This document shows, piece by piece, positions 55,738 through 64,000 of a stretch of DNA of 64,000 nucleotides. The stretch is from NCBI GenBank assembly GCA_951406725.2, contig OX597815.1, positions 23,498,001 through 23,562,000 of the forward strand. Direction: 5' to 3'. The notes under the pieces are model-generated. The model saw nothing but the letters and a program-made list of their open reading frames with translations, did not search any database and had not been told where the DNA came from. Numbering within the stretch: position 1 is the stretch's first letter; every line of letters starts with the position of its first letter. Position numbers and translations under genes: made by a program. The DNA is from Octopus vulgaris. Lineage: Eukaryota.

Positions 55738-55970
55738 TATTTCTTTACTACTCACAAGGGGCTACACACAGAGGGGACAAACAAGGACAGACAAACGGAT
55801 TAAGTCGATTATATTGACCCCAGTGTGTAACTAGTACTTATTTAATTGACCCCGAAAGGATGAAAGGCAAAGTTGACCTCGGCGGAATTTGAACTCAGAA
55901 CGTAGCAGCAGACGAAATACAGCTAAGCATTTTACCCGGCATACTAACGTTTCTGCCAGCTCGCCGCCTT
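55738..55970 (-). mobile_element. SINE family A copy nested in a related plus-strand SINE (about 55683-56070)
   Basis: TSD tc(g/a)ataaaataagtacc. The host element reads through on both sides. Confidence 0.85.
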
Positions 55971-56590
55971 ATCAATAAAATAAGTACCATTTGATCACTG
56001 GGGGTCTATGTAATTGAATTATTACCTCCCCTGGAATTACTGGCCTTGTGCCAAAATTTGAAACCAATATCAAAAATGGATGCTACTCTTGCTCGACTGT
56101 AATTTTTAAAACTTTCAAAAACCAAAAAATAAAACTTTTGTAGATCAATATTTCAGAATATCATTGGTGATAAAATAGATACATACACTCACACACACTG
56201 ACTTTATCTTTTTTCAATTGAATATACTTTATCTAAAACACCTTTACTTGACTTTTCATTATCAATTTTTTTCCTCTTCCTCTTTCCCTCCACTATTTCT
56301 TAGCTTCCATTGTTTTCCATTCTATCTATCTATCTATGTCTGTTTTTCTCAGGCACCTACAGAAAGCGAAATAATGTTTTTGCTCATTTAGATTTATACC
56401 CCATGTAACTACTATTTCCTTGTACTGGTCTAACAAAACTTCTTTTGCGAATGTTTACATTATAGTAACATCTAAAAATCCTGTTGAGTAAACAACTTCC
56501 ATTAAAGCCTAATTAACGACCAATTAAAACATGAAAGCAGAGTAACTATCATATCAACAGTTTGTATTACTTTAGATATATATATAGATA

Positions 56591-56896
56591 TCACCGTGAC
56601 CGTGACCGACCAAGCTATCAGATGTTGCTACACATCGCTGGTCACAATGCGCTTCGCACTGTTTTTTAGCCTTCAAGTGATACCACCCCGCTGGCTAAGC
56701 GAGTAGGCAACAGAAGAAAGAGTGAGAAAGTTGTGGCAAAAGAGTACAGCAGGGATCGCCACCACCCCCTGCCGGAGCTTCGTGGAGGTTTAGGTGTTTT
56801 CGCTCAATAAACACTCACAACGCCTGGTCTGGAAATCGAAACCACGATCCTACAACCGTGAGTCCGGTGCCCTAACCATTGGGTCATTACGCCTCC
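56591..56896 (-). mobile_element. tRNA-derived SINE, family D
   Basis: The reverse strand begins ggaggcgtaatgacccaatggttagggcaccggactc...ggtttcgatttccagacc (A-box- and B-box-like). GC-rich body between microsatellites. Confidence 0.7.
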
Positions 56897-57023
56897 ACAC
56901 ACACACACACACATATACATATATATATTTCAGCAAAATAATTAAGATTCAAATGAATATGGTACTTAACTTAGATGCACCAGAATTCTTTATGGTATTA
57001 ACCATAAAATAATTTGGGGTGAT

Positions 57024-57138
57024 TATAACCAAGAAAAAAAGCAACAAGAATGCATTAGTAGTTTAGTACAACTGTTTCATATGAAACAATTGTACTAAAC
57101 TACTAATCCATTCTTGTTGCTTTTTTTTCTTGGTTATA
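57024..57138. repeat. Near-perfect palindrome of about 115 bp with no spacer
   Basis: Centred on cat|atg (57080/57081). Arms of about 57 bp with two mismatches and a 1-nt indel. Confidence 0.95.
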
Positions 57139-57767
57139 TATATATAGAGAGAGAGAGAGAGAGAAAGAGAGAGTTGTAACATCACTGGTGCCAAGCTGTA
57201 TCGGCCTTAGCCTTTCCCTTGGATAACATCAGTGGAGTGGAGAGGGGAGGCTGGTATGCATGGGCGACGGCTGGCCTTCCACAAACAACCTTGCCCAGAC
57301 TTGTGCCTTGGACACTAACTTTCTAGGTGCAATCCAATGGTCATTCATGACCAAATGGGGTCTATATATATATATATATATATACATATTAGTGCAATTT
57401 AAAATACATGATATATATATATATATATATATATAAACAATATTAGAATGCCCTATGCATTCTTATATATTAACAGAAAAAACTGCATAGAGAACTAATT
57501 TCAAGCTTCTTTTTACTGGCTAGAAAGATCACAAAGTACAGAGAGAGAAAAAAAAATCAAAATTGGAGAGTTTATGGAACTAAATTTACAAACAAACATC
57601 TGTTTTCTTTATTTTCTTTCTCTCTCTCATTCATAAATATATAACCAAAACATTAACATCACTCACAAGTGAACATGACCTGGTAATGTACCAACCTTTC
57701 CTTAATTGATTTAAGTGCTTATGTAGTCACAGACAGACATAGATATGTAACCCTCAGCCCAACTAGT

Positions 57768-57940
57768 GATTGAGAGTTGCACCGAAAAAGAGGTAATTTC
57801 TACTCTTCTCCTCTGGAAGCCATCTACTCGCAATACCAGAGGGCGCACACTCTCCTACCCTGATGTAATCTCCAGGGATACAGGCATCCAGCAACAGGAC
57901 CTCCGTAATGCCATGATGGACCGTGAAGTCTGGACCAGTA
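57768..57940 (+). mobile_element. Short 3' fragment of a non-LTR retrotransposon ORF; related older debris at about 36130-36560
   Basis: EVISTLLLWKPSTRNTRGRTLSYPDVISRDTGIQQQDLRNAMMDREVW resembles RTE/RTEX-type C-termini. Confidence 0.65.
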
Positions 57941-58587
57941 CTCAACTGGTATTCAATTTCATCTGAGTAGACACAAATGAAATGAAGTGCCATGCTAAAA
58001 GATACAACATGCCACCCACTCTGAGGACTAAATACACAATCCTACAATCATTAACCCAACACCCAAACCACTTGGCTATGCCCCTTCATACATACACATA
58101 TGTATAAAACAATACAAACTATTTATTAGAATTTTTTACAATAATTTATTTTATTAATCAATGCCTGGATGAAGGCATAGCTGAGTGGTTAAGGAATTTA
58201 CTTTGGATCAATGATGTCCAAGTTTCAATCCCACTGCATGACATTCTGCACAAATGCTTTGTCATAAGCTTTGGGTTGATCCAAGCATTGTGAATGAAAC
58301 TAGGAAGGTGGAAATTGGGTAAAAACTCATCAGATATGGGGATTATATCTAAAATTCAAACATCCACCCTTGTCCAGTCACTGCCCGTATGCTGATTTTA
58401 CTTGGGAACTACATCATGTGTACACATGTCTGTGGAATATTCAGCTACTCTGCATTTTAATTCAATGAGCATGTCATTCAGCTGATTGAATAACTAACTG
58501 GACAACACATGACATATGCTGAAACAGCCTAGAGAATCTGCCATGTGTGTGCACAGTGAAATTCACTACAAGCAGCATGTTCTTTAA

Positions 58588-58798
58588 CCCTTTAGCATTT
58601 AAACCGGCCATATCCGGCCAAAAGTATTCTGCCTGTTTTATGTTCAAACTGGCCAGATCTGGTCTCTCACACCAGCCCTACAATATCATCTTAAAAATTA
58701 ACAGCTACCTCTTCAAAATCTCATAGCTACAAGATAATGCATGATTAGTTCAAAACAATGTGGATTAATTTAGGCAGAATAATGCGAACACTAAAGGG
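58588..58798. mobile_element. piggyBac-type MITE (same family as 17048-17267)
   Basis: TTAA target-site duplications and ccctttag/ctaaaggg termini. The interior is similar to the reverse complement of 17048-17267. Confidence 0.8.
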
Positions 58799-59011
58799 TT
58801 AAATATCAAAAGATTCACAATGTAACATGATTCATTGAGATCTAACTAGAAGGAAAGATTTGAATGATGTGAGAGATGTCACTGACATTAATGACAGTCT
58901 TGTAAGCTGAAGGTTCAAAATAAGAAATTTTGAACACCTAAAATGACATTACAAACATATAGGAAAGTCCTATGAAGCAAAAGAGACAAGTTTCAATTCA
59001 TTGGAAATGTA

Positions 59012-59513
59012 GTAGTAGAATTCATAGAAGAAGTTTCGTGGGAATATTGAATTCACAAGCGGTCCCTGACATCCTGCATGCAGACCCTGAGTGACGAGAC
59101 ACTCTGTTTGCTGTGGAGTTTCCACAGATGCAGGGACAGAATGACCTCGAAGCCGCCAGTTGCCGATCAGACGCCTCTTGGAATTTTCACCAGAGCCCCG
59201 TTGGCAAGGCTGCGGCCCTAATACTGCTCGGTGCCAGACCAATCCACCTTGCGTAGCCCTACCAGGAACCGAAGTTCCCGACGGCATAGCTCTGACACTG
59301 CCCATTTACACCACCCTACCACTTTGAGGAAGGGTTGGACTTTAGGGTCCGCAAGTGGTCAGTCTGCGCAGATGGAACCACGAATGGCTCGCTATCTCTA
59401 GTGACCTCGCACAAGACCATTGAGTGTGGGCTACCATGGTTCGTGATGCCATTAGGACCAGACAAGCCAGCTCAACCCGCCCTGGTTGAACGCCGTCACA
59501 AGTACAAGTAAGT
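59012..59513 (+). mobile_element. Non-autonomous bipartite RTE element (5'UTR-like part fused to the ORF C-terminus and tail)
   Basis: 12-bp TSD attggaaatgta. The 3' part translates GPQVVSLRRWNHEWLAISSDLAQDH*VWATMVRDAIRTRQASSTRPG*. Tail acaagtacaagtaagt. Confidence 0.8.
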
Positions 59514-60668
59514 ATTGGAAATGTATTGCTAAATGTCTCCAAAAATCAAATTTCAAAAGTAGGAGGGGTAGCTATAAAAAGTCAAAGCAAGGACTGGTTT
59601 GATGAGTATTTAAAAAGTATATTAAGTATACACAAAGCAAAGAGGATAAAACTATCAAAACAAAAAATTTATGGGCCCAATATTAAACTGAGAAGTTATA
59701 GATTCAGAAGGAAAGCAGAACTATGAAAAGTAAGTGGTGGATTGAAAGTGCTAGTGATATTTTAGAAAGTATGCAACTAAAAGGATATTAAGGAGCTTTA
59801 CTCATTTATAAATCCAGTTTATAGTCCTAAATTTCCTGTACTTCCATTAGGGCTAAGAGCAGTCAATCACTTATTAAAGTGACTACACACACAATACATA
59901 AGCAAGACAGATGTGTAGGTCTATATAAATACATATGTATGAGTGTGTGTGTTCACACACCTCTCTTGCCCCTCTCACCCACCAATTTTCTAGCTATTCT
60001 GCTGTCATTGCACTTTCTTCAATTTCCCAGTTCCATCTACAGATCTTGGGTTACTGAATAACTTTGACTTTTACTGTGTGCAGGGCACCTCCCCTTTTAG
60101 TGCTAGTGCTATGTCAGAAACCCCTTCACGTCCATCTCCAGAATGACTGATGAGCAAAACAACCTCTCTTGTGCTATACCACAAAATAGTGTACCCTGTA
60201 AAGTGGTTGACAGAGAAGAGCAAGCGTAGGATTGTGAAGTCCCTTTAGTCTCATCTTGTTGAAGATTATTCAATATCTCTGATATTAGTACCATGAAAAA
60301 ATGCTTCAAGTATACTCTGTAAAGTGATAAGAAGGACAGCCAGTCATAGAAACCAAGTGACACAACAAATACAAGTACAAGTCTATGGTAGCAACAGTTT
60401 CCAAATAGAAATGACTGGCTGACTGGGATTATCTGTTCAACCAACATAAGCATGGAAAGTTGACAATGAGATTTTATATACATACATACATACACACACA
60501 CACACATACATACATACACACTGTATATATATTTTCAAAATGTAACCAGATGTTAATCATTGGTGATTTTTTTTCCCTCCGTCTTCCTTTTCTATTGGAC
60601 TTTACTTTTTTTTTCCTGAAGAAGAGCTTTCCTCAAGTTGTTTTTTTTGTGTTTGTTCTTTGGAGATT

Positions 60669-60710
<42 letters not shown>

Positions 60711-60712
<2 letters not shown>

Positions 60713-60953
60713 TGGCACGTAAAAAGCACCATCCGACCATGGCCGTTTGCCAGCCTCATCTGGCACCTGTGCCGGTGGCACATAAAAAGCACCCACTACA
60801 CCCACGGAGTGGTTGGCGTTAGGAAGGGCATCCAGCCATAGAAACATTGCCAGATCAGACTGGGCCTGGTGCAGCCTTCTGGCTTCCCAGACCCCAGTTG
60901 AACCGTCCAACCCATGCTAGCATGGAAAGCGGACGCTAAATGATGATGATGAT
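60711..60953 (+). mobile_element. Retroposon family B copy within a (TA)n array
   Basis: Family B consensus with a (gat)n tail. Confidence 0.85.
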
Positions 60954-61762
60954 ACACACACACACAATATATATATATATATATATATATAGGAAGAACA
61001 TCTAACTGTAGAAACCAAGTCAAAAACAGACTGAAGTCAGTGCAGCTCCCTGGGCTACCAATTCCAATCAAACCATCTTACCCATTCTAGCATGGAAAAC
61101 GGACGCTAAATAATGATAATGATTGTGTGTGTGTGTGGCCCTCAAGCTGTACAGTATTGGCAAACCTCTTGCTTTCTGCTGTTTCTTTTGCTAAGAGAAC
61201 CTGTCGGCTTGCTTCTCTTCCAGCTACCAAGTATGATCTCGGCTAACCTCATTCTTCCAATGTTTACATGCCTTTCTTTTCATTTTTATGTCTCTCTTCC
61301 TCTCTGTCCAAACACCATGTTACATTTTGTTTGAATGGAACTTTGCACCACCACAGATTTGGTCTGTAGCCCTCAGTAAGCTGTCTTATATAAACTTCCA
61401 ATTGTTCTCTGTTATATGACTATCTCTTCTACAGCCCCTGGCCAACCAAGCCCTTCTGAGTGGGTTTAGTTTTATATATATATATATATTACACAGGAGC
61501 ATGTGTTTGTATGCATGATGATCCCAAGCATGCATCACCTTCTTACAAGTGGTGCTGTTCGTTTCCAATCTTCCATAGGAAAATATTACCTTAGTTGGAA
61601 ACAAATAAGGGTTTGTGAGAGGAAGGTCATCCAGCCGTAGAAAATCTGCCTCAATAGAATTTATTAGACTCATTCATGTATGAAAATGTAGGCAATAAAA
61701 CAACGATGATATATACAAATACACTATATAATATTAAATATATATATATATATATACACACA

Positions 61763-61973
61763 CGAGAGGTGCTAAAAGGGTCCTGGCTTTAAGGGTGTTG
61801 TGAAAAGCCTGGTTGGAGGCTAAACCTTCCTAGTTCTTTCACAGGGTTTAGAAAAACTGAAGGACCGCTGCAATAAGTGTGAATCCGAGGGGAATATATT
61901 GCATGAAATGATAATTAACTAATCCTCCAGTATTTCCTTTTCCCAAAGACAGGGACTTTTCAACACGCCCTCG
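61763..61973. mobile_element. Tc1/mariner-derived MITE
   Basis: Imperfect TIRs of about 28 bp, cgagaggtgctaaaagggtcctggcttt and aaagacagggacttttcaacacgccctcg, embedded in a TA/CA microsatellite. Confidence 0.6.
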
Positions 61974-61985
61974 TGTGTATATCAT

Positions 61986-62023
<38 letters not shown>

Positions 62024-62399
62024 CATCATTTAACGTCCGTTCTCCATGCTAGCATGGGTTGGACGATATATATATATATATATATGGCAAACTAGATTAA
62101 TAGAATAATGTGCTCCTGGCTGAAGATTCCGGATAAGAGCACTTTTATTCAAGCAGAAACAGCATCATACTCTGCGACAAGGCTGTTCCTTTTGAATTAC
62201 GGGTACAATCTACCCGTCAGGCTTAGATAGTTTCTTTCTACGCAATTTCAATCACAAACTATGGATCAATCCAAGGCTATAGAAAATTACACATATCTAA
62301 GGTGCCAGCCAGTGGAATTGAACCGGGGTCCTTGTAGTTCAGCCATACTATGCTTATTTAAACCCCCACCCCCAAAACACACAAGTATGAATAAAAGCG

Positions 62400-64000
62400 T
62401 ACGCGATTAATGTTTTAAGTACAATATTCATATATACAACTTGCATGTTGTTTACAGTCACTGGCAATATATATATGTGTGTCAAGAGAGAGAGGTAGTG
62501 TCGATTTAGTGAGTGGCGACTGTTTGTTTTATTTCGTGAGAGCTGAGAGAGAAAAATCGAGACTTTAACTGAGAAAAAGTCGAGTGAGGGGTGTGAAATT
62601 TTGTAACAAATGTAACACGCTGCATGTTCGACAGTAGAGAAACCATGGAATGTATGTAATGTGAACTAAAAATAAAGAAATAAGCAAATAAAAAGTTAAA
62701 ATTACGAACTCCATGTCTTAGAAAATACGTGTATGTATGTATATTAGTAAAAACTGTGTGTGTGTAAGAAACATGGAAACTTTACACAGAACTCCATGAT
62801 GGATTAAACAAAAGCATAGTTAATGTAAACCGCCGCCCCTCATCTCTGCACAGAGAGAGGAAAAAATAGGGTACACTGCGAATATCTTGCCTATAAAGCA
62901 ATCGTACTAGTAATGATAAAATCTGGAATCCAAGGGATCTGGTTTTAGCTGACTGGTTCTTTTTAAAGATCCCTTTGAAGTTGTGTATTTATTGCATCTT
63001 ATGACACCGTAGATACTATTTTTTTGTAAACAAAATGTAACTACATGTAGAATTCTCTTCGATTCTAAAACTAGACTGTGGTCGATTGACTGATGGATGG
63101 ATGGATGGGTATAAGGTATGACGCTTCGTAAATATTATAGAGTAATAACAGATCAAGAGCACAAACTCAAATTTGCATTTAATATCTCTTAAAACTGAGA
63201 ATAGGAAATGTCACTTAGTTTTTATTTAGCTACTTGAGAACAACAAGCGTTTCAGCTATAATCCTGCTAAACTGGCACCACCTACATATATCAATCGGTC
63301 AAGTACTCCACACCCCTCGGATAATAAGATATGAAACAGGTTTTTGGATCTATCACAACTGTGTTCGTGGTGGTGTTGTGAAATAATCTCAGGAAAACAA
63401 ATTGTCGGGGATTGATTGATGCAATTGATACGGTTTACTCGCAATGCAGTCTTCATAATTCTGGCAAAATATATTGATTTTTTTTGTAATTTTTATTTCT
63501 ACGATATTCACTGGCAATGGTTTGATGAGGGTTAACAGTATGTATTTATTTTCTAAATCTGTTACACAAGCTAAACCAAAGATTCCGAATTCGGTGAGGT
63601 GACAATGTTTAATAATGACTTCTTGGACAAAAATTCATAGGTAAGGAAAATTATCGATCGAATCAAAATAAATACATGTATAGTACTCATTCTTTCCATT
63701 CTGAGAGAATGACCGGGAATTTGAATTAAGGCTGTTGACAGACGACATACTGCAAGGCACTCTGTCCAACGCTTTACCATTTTCACTATGCCATCAACAC
63801 CAACAACAACAATACGATGGTGGACCTGGTTGAAGAAACGAAAGGTAAGAACTTGGCCAGCCAAAACCGCTTTTTCAATTCCCAAGTGATATCAGTTCAC
63901 TTCACTCGCGCAGCTAGCTTAGTAGTTTCGAGAAATGCATGAACCTCACAACATTCCATTTCCCAGCTCTAAAAATACACGACCTTTTGTGTCTAGACAA
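62400..64000. promoter_or_regulatory. CpG-retaining, repeat-poor, promoter-like region
   Basis: By eye, CpG dinucleotides are far more frequent here than in the non-repeat intron elsewhere in the window. GC-box-like ccgccgcccc at about 62830. Confidence 0.4.

Noticed and set aside
63571-63885. 104-aa ORF as CERT exon 1, or a POLK-like head-to-head neighbour as in mammals
   Set aside because: No resemblance to the CERT N-terminus (G.LSKW) or to POLK in the frames I read.

Overview
AT-rich, repeat-dense eukaryotic DNA. The SINE, RTE and Penelope repertoire and the (TA)n/(CA)n microsatellites point to an octopus (coleoid cephalopod) genome; this is inferred from recalled repeat families and was not database-checked. 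The window lies inside a minus-strand gene for ceramide transfer protein (CERT1/COL4A3BP/STARD11). Four coding exons are readable with consistent phases and GT-AG sites: 21161-21277 (C-terminal half of the PH domain), 2712-2819 (serine-repeat motif), 2282-2414 (coiled-coil middle region) and 988-1092 (acidic linker). The exon encoding the first half of the PH domain was not found, and the START domain must lie below position 1. Almost all ORFs in the supplied track are spurious or transposon debris. The introns hold decayed mariner copies, piggyBac-type and mariner MITEs, RTE/CR1/HERO/Penelope LINE fragments, several SINE families, a probable Helitron, minisatellites and palindromes. The best leads are: a frame-preserving 54-bp candidate cassette exon (9580-9633) between the PH domain and the phospho-switch, followed by QKI/MBNL-type motifs; microhomology-guided insertion of one SINE family; a GC-rich bipartite non-autonomous RTE element; a spacer-less 115-bp palindrome; and a CpG-retaining, promoter-like region at the right end. 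I found no evidence of a prokaryote-type novel system (no CRISPR array, no operon).
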